Assembly: GCA_008632985.1 (NCBI GenBank)
Contig: QPGO01000273.1
Span: 59,200-79,199, forward strand
Direction: 5' to 3'
Origin: Psammoneis japonica
Lineage: Eukaryota
Length of the DNA stretch: 20,000 bases
The notes beneath the pieces are model-generated. The model was given only the letters and a program-made list of their open reading frames with translations, ran no database searches and had not been told where the DNA came from. A program made the position numbers and the translations under genes. Position 1 is the stretch's first letter. Each line of letters opens with the position of its first letter. This document shows positions 1 through 8,607 of the stretch, in pieces.

Positions 1-348
1 CAACCTTGGGTTGAGCTGCAACCTGGGTTGAGCCTCACCGTGAGGCAGGTTGATGGGTGTCAGGGAGTGCTGTGCGAGGATTTTTCCCCTTCTTCTCTGC
101 ATGATGATGCAAGATTTCTCCATTGCTCAGCTTGTGTTGGCAATTGTTTGTGCCATTGTTGTTTCGTCATGCACCTGCTGTGCAACAGGGTTGTGGCCAA
201 TGTGCTGAACGCCGGTTTCCGGCAGTTGTCGGACTCATTCATGCGGGCGGTGCTGGTGTCCGCACGTTGAAGTTGAAGCAGGGCTACAACCTTCGCCCAT
301 GTAGAAATCTGCGCATTCGTCGTACTGGCACTTTTGAAAATTCTGCAT
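1..348 (-). pseudogene. Possible eroded gene of unknown function, divergent from the monooxygenase (5' part only in window)
   Basis: Minus-strand ATG at 348 is preceded by CAACACAAACAAC, an A/C-rich leader. The frame reads MQNFQKCQYDECADFYMGEGCSPASTSTCGHQHRPHE*VRQLPETGVQ...NTS*AMEKSCIIMQRRRGKILAQ... with two TGA stops (plus-strand 235-237 and 127-129), compatible with CGA->TGA. No homolog recognised. Confidence 0.3.
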
Positions 349-483
349 GTTGTTTGTGTTGATTGATTGAGTGATGGGTGACGGGTCGTGTCAGCAGTGA
401 CACAAGACACAACATCATCATGTTCTCCAAGGGAGGCCATGACATGCACAACTGAAAACCGTCAAAAGATTCTTTGATCGAAG

Positions 484-576
484 ATGATCCTTCCAGGACC
501 TTTACGTCTCCTTGCTTTGTCTGCCGCTGTGGAGGTGGCTAAGGCCGCTTCCCTTGTCGACCCATCTTCGCCATCT
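484..576 (+). CDS. 5' segment (signal peptide, 31 codons) of the DOMON/copper monooxygenase gene, cut off by the TIR element
   Basis: ATG at 484 gives MILPGPLRLLALSAAVEVAKAASLVDPSSPS, which looks like a signal peptide. Removing 577-3465 plus one ATCT copy joins it in frame to 3470 (SEPYSRWLDAF...GGMPGADI), giving a 569-aa reading frame. Confidence 0.85.
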
Positions 577-600
577 TCATCGTGGAACCCCGCAAATGCG
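577..600 (+). repeat. Left terminal inverted repeat of the TIR element
   Basis: 21 bp perfect plus 2 of the next 3 bp matching the reverse complement of 3442-3465. Confidence 0.92.
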
Positions 601-1517
601 GCAATTTTTTCACATTCGTGGCCGGTTTAAAGGAAAAGGGAAAAAAGGAGGGGATTCCGACAGTTGAACACACACACAATTTGACCATGCAACCAGGGCC
701 AGAGTTGCACTGGCTTCTTTTGGTCCAGGGTGGTTGCTGCAGGTGCAAAGAGTGGGGCACATTGCAGCTGCAGGAGGGCAACAATGTGACTCTGAGTGTG
801 TGCTGCCAAGCTGAGAAGCCCAGCTTGGTTGTGAGCCAAGCCCTGCCAGGCCTGCTGCCCTGGCTCCACAGCTGCTCCTCCCAGTGTGTGCATCAATTGT
901 TGAAGGAGCACCACATTGACTCAAAGGCTGTGTTTTGGGTGGAACAGAGAGGGAAAGAATTGTTGTCCTCTTGACTGGTGCTTGCTTCAGACCCCGCATC
1001 ATGAGCACAAGCTCCTCTTGAGAAATGAGTGAGAGACACTTCACACAGTCATTTTTGGTGCCTCTCTTTGGCTGCCCACTTGGCATTGCCAACAAACTCT
1101 TGAACCCAACCTCACTCACAATTTCTTCACCCTTCAACCACAAAAGCAGGCTCAACTTTTTGTTGGCTTTTTTGTGGCCAGGGATCACTGTTGCAGGCAC
1201 AAATGGTGGGCACATGCCATGTGGCTCTGCTTGGCAACAATGTGATGCCAAGCAAGCATGTGCCACCCACCAAGGAGCCAAGCAGCCCAGCTCAGCTTTG
1301 AATGGAGCTCCAGGACAGCAGCCAGCTCTTGGTGCTCCCAGCATGGCTTGCTTGCTCAAGCTGTGCTGCATTCACCCCACAATGCTCTGTGTTGTGGTGG
1401 CTTGTTGCAAGCCATGAGGAGTCTGCAGTTGGCCAGGGGCCCATTTTGTGAAGGCCACACATGTTGTGTGAGGGGCCAGGTGCAGAGATCTGCAACAACA
1501 GCTTGTGGCTGTTGGCA

Positions 1518-1805
1518 CCAAGTTGGCATTTGATTGGGAGTCAGTGCTGAGGGGCTGTGAAGTGGCTGTGCTGGGGTCAGGAGCCCAGCCAGCTCACACT
1601 CTCTTGTTGTCACAAATTGCTGTCACAGCTGTCTTTGCATTGCAACCAGCCAGGTGCAGTTGGTCCCAAGCTGGCACTTGATTTGGAGTGACTGCCAAGG
1701 AACTGTGAAGTGTGGGGTTGGGCAGTCCAGCCAGCTCACACTCTTTGCTGACAGCAGAAAGTGCTGTCACACCTGTCTTTGCATTGTGGTGCCAGCCAGG
1801 CACAC
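1518..1805 (+). repeat. Diverged tandem duplication (~148-bp period) inside the element
   Basis: CCAAGTTGGCATTTGATTGGGAGT...CCAGCCAGCTCACACTCT...TGCTGTCACAGCTGTCTTTGCATTG from 1518 recurs as CCAAGCTGGCACTTGATTTGGAGT...CCAGCCAGCTCACACTCT...TGCTGTCACACCTGTCTTTGCATTG from 1666. Confidence 0.85.
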
Positions 1806-2630
1806 ATGGCCAGAGCAGCCTTGGCACATCCTGCTGACAAAACTGGCAAAACAGCAGCTCTTGTGGTTGGGCCAGCATGCAGGCAGTCTGGGCACACCCC
1901 TGGGAAGTCAAACAGGAAGGAGGGCTCAGCATTGCCGCCAGTGCCAGAAACATGCTCAGCAGCTTGTCTTGAGAGAGATTCGAGCCCACACAGCCCCGAG
2001 CTGGGTGTCTTGGCTGGCAGGTTGGAAAGCATTCTTGAGCACAGTCTGGTGTGTGGGTGGCACTGTCACCAAGAGAGCTGCTCTGCAGAGGAAGAGGGAA
2101 ACAGGCAACAGCATTTTGCAAGAACTTTTTTTTTTCAATGGTTGGGTGGGATGGGGCAGCATCTGGACTTTGACGGAGCATTTGGCGGACAAAGCTTGAG
2201 CACAGAGAGCTGTCCACTCAAGCTCCACAAGTGGCACATTCCAAAGGTGACACCACACATGGGCCATTTGTTCATGCATCAACATGCATCAAGCTGCAAG
2301 TCTCACAAAAAACCACCACCAACCTTTCAACCAACCACCATGGAGGAGAGAACAGGGCAAGAGGTTCGAAACAAGAGTGATTCGTTGACTCTCTTCTTGT
2401 TTCATGCATTCAAGAGCTTCTTGTCCTTCTTGAACATTTGTTGTGCATTGTTGTCTCTTTTAATTCAAGTGCAAAGAGGAATCACTTTTCTTGTTTCTTT
2501 CTCTTGAGGGGTTGTTGGTTGTTGAGTGATGCAATTTTTGTTGTCACATTTTTGGAAATGTTGGCAAACCCGATCACTGGCTTGATTGTCAACCCATTCA
2601 CCATTTTAAGTCTCCATGGCATAAAATGCC

Positions 2631-3197
2631 ATAAGCCCAGAGCCCTCAATTGTTTCATCAAACGCAGTGCTTTGCACACGTCCAACATCAACTCGACTCA
2701 GTTGAAATCCCAATTTGTGGGCGATGAAAAATCACGAATGTCAAACAAATGGCTACTTTCGACACCAACATCCCCGAGTTCAATCCAAATGTGACGGTAT
2801 GCCTTACAGCTTATGACCATGACACATACAAGCATGCTTTATTGTTGTCATCGCGTACTCGTATTGAAAATGCCGATAGATCAAAGTTTACGAAAAGGAT
2901 GGAATACAAATTCATTTGTGTATTCATTAGTGGCATTGGAATAATGACATTAAGGGCAGAAGGGATCTAAAATCCTTATTCATCATTGACATTTCTGTAT
3001 TGCTCAGAATTTGAATTCTGACCACTGCCGTTAAGCATTTAGCTTTCTTTGTGTCGAAGTGTAAATGACACTTAACGATTTGCACTAATCATATAGCTGT
3101 CTCTGTGTCGAAGTGGAAATGACACTTAACGTTTTACACTATTCATTTAGCTTACTTTGACTCGAAGTCAAATGTCGAGTTTGGGTTATGGGCTTAT
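2631..3197. mobile_element. Candidate nested MITE (~567 bp)
   Basis: Imperfect inverted ends: ATAAGCCCAGAGCCC (2631-2645) vs the reverse complement of 3183-3197, ATAAGCCCATAACCC. A 2-bp AT or TA duplication is possible. The interior is AT-richer and non-coding with subterminal tandem repeats, and its composition differs from the flanks. Confidence 0.5.
3036..3177 (+). repeat. 54-bp tandem repeat, ~2.6 copies
   Basis: Units start at 3036, 3090 and 3144: CATTTAGCTTTCTTTGTGTCGAAGTGTAAATGACACTTAACG... / CATATAGCTGTCTCTGTGTCGAAGTGGAAATGACACTTAACG... / CATTTAGCTTACTTTGACTCGAAGTCAAATG. Confidence 0.85.
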
Positions 3198-3441
3198 CGT
3201 TATTCAGCCACGATCATGAAGTCTTTGCCGCAAATGCGCGGGGACCCTCCTGTAGAGGTCTACGCTCATTTTTGTATGTGGCATTGAAACATGTAGCCTA
3301 CATACGCAAAACTGGTACAGTTTCTACGAAAAAATTTCGAAAAAACGCCTAGTTCGCGAGATAGCTCTGGTACAAAACCTACGCAAATAGTCCCCATACA
3401 TGCACGTACAACTCTACGCATTTCCGGGTTACAGGTCCCCG

Positions 3442-3465
3442 CGTATTTGCGGGGTTCCACGATGA
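3442..3465 (-). repeat. Right terminal inverted repeat of the TIR element
   Basis: CGTATTTGCGGGGTTCCACGATGA followed by the TSD ATCT. Confidence 0.92.
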
Positions 3466-3469
3466 ATCT

Positions 3470-5086
3470 AGTGAGCCGTACTCGCGATGGCTTGATGCAT
3501 TTGGTTCAGACTACACCCATTCGACGTTTGTTGGCAACGGCAATAACGTTGCCGTCCACTGGCGAATCGAAAACGATATCCTTAACCTTGCAGCTGCGGC
3601 GGGAGCCAGCGGATGGATTGGCTTTGGCATTGCAGAGGCAGGTGGAATGCCCGGTGCTGACATCGCTGTGTATGAGGCGCTTGCTGATACGCTTGGGGAC
3701 TACCACGCCCTTACGTTCGGAAGGCCAGAGCTCGATAAATGTCAGGATGATTGGGAACTGATTAGATCAACCGCAGAGGACTCTTTCATTGCCTTTCAGG
3801 CCACCAGAGCCGCATCAACTGGCGACCCACAAGATCGGGATCTGTTTGATGATTCGGACCTGTCTCTTCCTGCCACTCCAATCATTGCAGCATGGGGAGA
3901 TGAGGATGAGCTCTCGTTCCATGGACCGAACCGGACCCGAGGATTTGCTCGATTTTATGGCCCGGAAGGTCTACAGGCGGGGGATGTTTCGAATTTGGAG
4001 GCTGAGAGCGACGGAAGCTTCATAGTCACGGCTCAAAACTTCACTATCCCCTTGGAAGAGACGACTTACCACGAGTTTTGTATCAACGCGACGGACTTCG
4101 AAAATGCACCTAATTTGACCGAAGCTGTCCACATTATTGGTGTTGATTTGGAAAGTTCCGCTGACGTGAATGGAGTTGACACTTCCAAGTATGTCCATCA
4201 CTTTGCGCTATTCGGTCGAAGCTCTACTTGCGACGATCAATTTACTATACCTGTCTTCTTCTACGGATGGGGCCCCGGCCAACCGCCATTTATCCTTCCA
4301 AGTGACGTTGGTCTTCCCCTCGGCGGCCAGAATGGCTTCCAGAGTTTGGGTCTCGAGATTCACTACGATAACGTCGACAAAGATGAAAATATTGTCGACA
4401 GCACCGGCGTCAGGTTGTACTACTCGAACGAGAAACGTGAGAACGAGGTGAATGCCATGATTGTTGGTGACACGTTTACTAGATTGAGGCCTCAGAGCGT
4501 TGGTTCGGGAAAAACCCAGCACACGTTTGACTGTCCATCCAGCTGTTCGCAGTCGAACCTACCGGGGCCCGTCACTATCTTCTCCGAGGCGATGCACACC
4601 CACGAGACTGCGACCAGGACGGTTAATCAAATAGTTCGGGATGGAGTGGTAGTACACGAGGCAGTTGTTGATTTCTGGGACTTTCGTCGAGCCGGAATCA
4701 AGCATGTTCAACAGGAACGCTACGAACTCCAGCCCGGAGATGTCTTCCGAACCACGTGCTACTACGAAAATAGCGACAACAGCACTGTGTTTGGCTTGGG
4801 TACTCAAGAAGAAATGTGTCAGGCACTTCTGTTCTACTATCCTGCCATTTCCCAATCTCACGGGTTTTGTGGCCCTGGACTAACTGAATTTCTTGGAGAT
4901 GAATTATGCGAGGCCTCGTACATGGGCACGGTGCAAGCCGAGGACGACTTTGGGCGTGCTTTTGGTTCACCGCAGGAGGAAGAGTGCTCAACCTCGCCCC
5001 CGTCTACGGCCACTAGAGGAGCTGCGTCACATGTTGCTGCTGCCTCACTGCTTCTGTCCTTCGCTGTTTTCATTTCTACCGCTTAA
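3470..5086 (+). CDS. DOMON domain + copper type II ascorbate-dependent monooxygenase (DBH/MOXD1-like), main coding segment; hydrophobic C-tail suggests a GPI or membrane anchor
   Basis: DOMON signature GWIGFGIAEAGGMPGADI. CuH-site motifs YVHHFALF and LEIHYDN, CuM-site motifs MHTH and QEEMC, plus YGWGPG and DSTGVRLYY. Ends with a Ser/Thr spacer and hydrophobic tail AAASLLLSFAVFISTA. The frame is open from 3470, 59 codons upstream of the supplied ORF start at 3647. Confidence 0.93.
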   Translation, partial: SEPYSRWLDAFGSDYTHSTFVGNGNNVAVHWRIENDILNLAAAAGASGWIGFGIAEAGGMPGADIAVYEALADTLGDYHALTFGRPELDKCQDDWELIRSTAEDSFIAFQATRAASTGDPQDRDLFDDSDLSLPATPIIAAWGDEDELSFHGPNRTRGFARFYGPEGLQAGDVSNLEAESDGSFIVTAQNFTIPLEETTYHEFCINATDFENAPNLTEAVHIIGVDLESSADVNGVDTSKYVHHFALFGRSSTCDDQFTIPVFFYGWGPGQPPFILPSDVGLPLGGQNGFQSLGLEIHYDNVDKDENIVDSTGVRLYYSNEKRENEVNAMIVGDTFTRLRPQSVGSGKTQHTFDCPSSCSQSNLPGPVTIFSEAMHTHETATRTVNQIVRDGVVVHEAVVDFWDFRRAGIKHVQQERYELQPGDVFRTTCYYENSDNSTVFGLGTQEEMCQALLFYYPAISQSHGFCGPGLTEFLGDELCEASYMGTVQAEDDFGRAFGSPQEEECSTSPPSTATRGAASHVAAASLLLSFAVFISTA

Positions 5087-5779
5087 GGATCGACGTCCGT
5101 CAGGATAGATGATGTTGATGCTTTTTTATTCTCTTCATGACATGCTCGTATTCATATCGCAAGATACAAGACCGTATTTGTGGTGTACCTCAGGAGGACG
5201 AGTGTCGCCTTCGTGTCATTTCCTTGCTCTGTGTGTGCCTGATTCTTCAAAACAAAACAAAATTGTGCGTGGGGACGCCGAATCCTCAATCCGTTGATGT
5301 GTAAAAGCAACCCTCTTTGCATGACACTACATAATAAAAAACATCGCAACAGAATAGTGCCGATTCAAAACAATGACAATGCTCGTATCTATGCTAGCTA
5401 ATGAAGGCAAAGTAGAGTAGACTCAACGCTACTCATACACAGAGAAAAATGCGAAAAAAGTCATTCACGGACAACGCACCGAGCTCGAAAACTGAACAGA
5501 ATGCCTCCACCCGCGGATTCTCCTGTGAAAGCACCAACTGTGATGATATACTATTGTGCAACGAGATAAAATCTCAGTGCTCTACATTATTTGTTAAACG
5601 CTGAAAGAAGAAAACCGATTATTGTTCTCCAGCACGACTCTCCCAACAACCCTAATGTCCCCCCCCCGGTACAACTTGGCACTCACGATGCGTCGTCCGG
5701 CAACCGACTTCTACACCAACAGAATGCTTCTCCGACCACAGCCTCGTCACTCCCCGCCCCGCCACACCGATCTTTCAAA

Positions 5780-8340
5780 CTCAAAATTGCGCCAAAGAAA
5801 GGCGTTGACGTTTGTGTGTGCCTTGCGATCCATCACCACCTTGCGAGAAATGTGACGCTTCATCTTTCAAAATCCATGCAATGCCACAGTTTTCACGTGC
5901 ACCACTGCAATCCTTGCTCATCGCCCTCCAGTCTCCACATTGCAGTCATGGCATGATTTAAAGCCACAACATCTGCACACAGTGGCTCCATTCACAGATG
6001 TCGCGCCGCATTTTGAGCGGCACAGCGGCGCAATGTCTGCACAAGGGTTCCTCACAACCTTTGCAATCAAAATTTCCCGCACACTTTCCGCAGTGGGTGG
6101 TGTGACAAAATCAACATCCTTGCAGACATTTGCCCCTGCCCTCCCAACAGAATGCCCCACCCATGCTGTTGTCTCAATCCATGGTGCAAGCGCCCCTTTG
6201 GTTTGTCCTTTGACAACTGCCGTTGGCTGTCAGCGCACAATGGTCAGCAGTGTGGCAAACACCCAGACTGTGATGATCGCAACTCTCATGAAGCAATGGG
6301 TTCTGACAAAGCTCCTCCCACACAGCATGTGATTGTGAATCATGAGGCATTGGCAACATCAAAAGATGTGCAGGTGCCCTTCTGGCTCCCCCACCTTTGC
6401 CTGAGGAGCAGCTGGTTTTGGCCAGAGTGCAAAGATGGGTGGTGTGCTGACTTTTGCAGATAAAATCAGGTTCAGTTTTGCACCCAAACCTGCAATCAAA
6501 GCAGAAGCACCACCACTTGGTCTGTTTGGGAATGACAACAATGCAGTGGATGCATTCCCGTCAAGAGGTGACAACACGCTGACAGCCTGTCCAGTGCAGC
6601 GGGCGAGCTTCATTTTGATGACGTGCCTGGAAAATGGCTTGCCAGCATTGGTGGCTCCTGATGATTCTGGAGATGATGATGATGACACACCAGGTCCTCT
6701 TGTTCCTCAAGTGGCAACAACAGCATGGACAAAATTGGTTCAAGCAATCATTGCAAGCACGAGATGCTTTCTCAATGTTTGTCAGACAGTGAATCGCATG
6801 ACTGCAACTCTGAAAATCCTGTGCTGTGCAGCAATTGTTTGAAGAGGCAGCCTGTCAGATTGCTCTTGGCAACTGCAACTCATCTTGACACACAACTTTT
6901 CCTGTTTTAAAGTCAACACATCTTTGGAGCATCCAATCAAATTCGGCATTGTCTGCATGACAAGAGTGAGCATGCAGTGGCAGGTTTCCTGGTTGCACTC
7001 CTTTGCCTGCCTTGCATGATGATGAGAGATTCAGTTGTCAGTGGTGCACACATCATTGCACATTGTTCAATGGCTTTTTGTGTCACATTGTGCGCACATC
7101 CAAAAGAAAACATTTTCCACAATCGCAAACCCCATGTCAAGAACAAAAAAAGAGCCACGACACAATGGCAAACATTGGGCCATGAGGATGCCCTGTGAAA
7201 AAGAAATCAAAGAGACAATGATGCTGCTGGAGCCACCACACTTGCGCCTGTCTGGGACATCACCGCTGTGTGATGTCTCATCCATTTGATCAACTTGTGA
7301 CAGGTTTTTCACCCAACACTGGCAAAATCTGCTTTGCATGTTGTTGTCCAATTTTTGAAATGACTGAGTCAGCAATCAACCACTGTTGCAGCACCACTCA
7401 ACTCTCCACATTTTGATTGGTGTGCTCCTTTGGTTTGTTGATGTGGAGTTAAAGAAAGGCGTTTGAAACTGCGCCAACGATGCCATGGTTGAGTTCACTT
7501 TTGCATCAAAAAGCATGTGCGGCAGCCACTCACACATCCCTTTGTTTGTCCAGACCTTCAAGATTGAACTTTGCATGCAAAATGTTTCTGACAGCAACTT
7601 TTACATTGGTTGTTTTCAAGTTGGACAATGCACAAAACATGTTGGTGTTGCGCGTGAAAAATGGGCAAACGCACACACCCAAGTCTGGTTGTCAGCAAGG
7701 CAAAAATGTCAAGGAACAATGGCTCAAGAATTTTTGTTGAATTGGTGCAGAAGGATCGCCTTGGATCTGGAAATGCTCTGCCTTGCTGGCAAAGCATGCA
7801 CAGCTGCCAAGCTTGAGACCAGCGCGACACTGCGCCCATGCCTTTGAACAATCAAGGACCCTTTTTGCAGAACAAAGTCTCTTTTGAGCTTGGCGACAAC
7901 ATTGCTTTTGTTTGACACTGTGTGTTTGCAGTGTGTCGAAGCATCTGGAAAAGGCAGGAAATGTGAGAGACCCGGGGTGGAGCCATTGAAGAGAGGACAC
8001 TTCAGCTTTTGAAAATTTGGTGGCGACACTTTGGAAAAAAGCGTGCTGCAAGTCAATTGTGAAAGGAAGGAGTTTGCACTCAACAAGTCAATCATGAAAG
8101 GGGGGGAGTCCCACAAAGTTTCCTGCACTGCGGCATGTCACACTTCTTGTCCTGGGCTGTGAGGACTGTGGTTTCCCTGCTGGAAGCCCTCAATGAATTT
8201 CAGTCTTGCAGCATGACATGTGCCTGCTGACGCCACCACACAACTCATGTGAACAGATGATTCGCTCCAAAGAGCCAGACAAAAGAAGGTTGGTGGCAGG
8301 AAAATGCTGTGCAATTTAAGAGCCCTGTTGTCATGTTGTC
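5780..8340. other. TpA-depleted (partly CpG-depleted) degenerate tract, probably decayed TE or pseudogene sequence
   Basis: Only a handful of TA dinucleotides in ~2.5 kb, mostly TTAA. ORFs essentially lack Tyr and are Cys/His/Gln-rich. A fragment LPALVAPDDSGDDDDDTP (~6640-6690) suggests former coding sequence. Boundaries are approximate and no element family was recognised. Confidence 0.6.
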
Positions 8341-8424
8341 AAATTATTTTGTAAAAAAAACGTACGACCACACCACGCACGGCACACAGCATTCAATGAT
8401 GTGCTGCACCGGGATTCCAAAGAC

Positions 8425-8430
8425 AAAAAA
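8425..8430 (-). terminator. Pol III T6 terminator after the tRNA pair
   Basis: A6 on the plus strand (T6 on minus) lies just 3' of the truncated tRNA-Asn copy. Confidence 0.55.
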
Positions 8431-8431
8431 G

Positions 8432-8504
8432 CTCTCCGTGCTGGGATCGAACCAGCGGCCTCAAGATAACTGTAGCAGTTAAACGGTTATAACAGTCTCG
8501 CGCT
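8432..8504 (-). pseudogene. 5'-truncated, intron-containing tRNA-Asn(GTT) copy
   Basis: Minus strand: AGCG CGAGA CT GTT A [22-nt intron TAACCGTTTAACTGCTACAGTT, plus-strand 8468-8489] A TCTTG AGGCC GCTGG TTCGATC CCAGC ACGGAGA G. The intron is at the canonical 37/38 position. The 5' acceptor strand and D-arm are absent. Confidence 0.8.
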
Positions 8505-8533
8505 GAAGAGATTGCAAGGTGCAAAATAGATAA

Positions 8534-8607
8534 CTCTCCGTGCAGGGATCGAACCTGCGACCTCAAGATTAACAGTCTTGCGCATCTACCAGCTGAGCTA
8601 ACGGAGA
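8534..8607 (-). tRNA. tRNA-Asn (GTT), intronless
   Basis: TCTCCGT TA GCTC AGCTGGTA GATGC G CAAGA CTGTTAA TCTTG AGGTC GCAGG TTCGATC CCTGC ACGGAGA G. It has a 7-bp acceptor stem, perfect anticodon and T stems, and A/B boxes, with one extra T in the 3' D-stem strand. Confidence 0.92.

Larger units (their letters stand above)
577..3465. mobile_element. 2,889-bp non-autonomous or degenerate TIR DNA transposon inserted in the monooxygenase CDS
   Basis: Terminal inverted repeats: TCATCGTGGAACCCCGCAAATGCG (577-600) vs the reverse complement of 3442-3465, TCATCGTGGAACCCCGCAAATACG (23/24 identical). Flanked by the direct duplication ATCT (573-576, 3466-3469). Excision restores the host ORF. No intact transposase visible; superfamily not assigned. 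Confidence 0.92.

Noticed and set aside
582..2794. Many overlapping 60-250 aa ORFs on both strands inside the TIR element
   Set aside because: TA loss removes TAA/TAG stops and inflates ORF length; translations lack Tyr and show no recognisable domain or transposase motif.
3036..3177. Regularly spaced repeat resembling a CRISPR array
   Set aside because: The whole 54-bp unit repeats with no unique spacers, there are no cas genes, and the context is eukaryotic.
3429..3434. TTACAG as the splice acceptor rescuing the gene
   Set aside because: It needs a phase-1 donor; the candidate donors at 535 (phase 0) and 582 (phase 2) would frameshift.
3647..3649. ATG at 3647 as the monooxygenase start
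   Set aside because: It lies inside the DOMON motif GGMPGADI; the frame continues upstream and joins the signal peptide at 484.
5586..8362. ATTATTTGTTAAACG / ATTATTTTGTAAAAAAAACG as TSD or poly-A end of a non-LTR element
   Set aside because: Low-complexity, imperfect match, and no reverse transcriptase remnants recognised.
8380..8431. Circularly permuted tRNA (5' half downstream of the 3' fragment)
   Set aside because: The fragment is followed directly by T6, and no TCTCCGT or D-arm sequence lies downstream.
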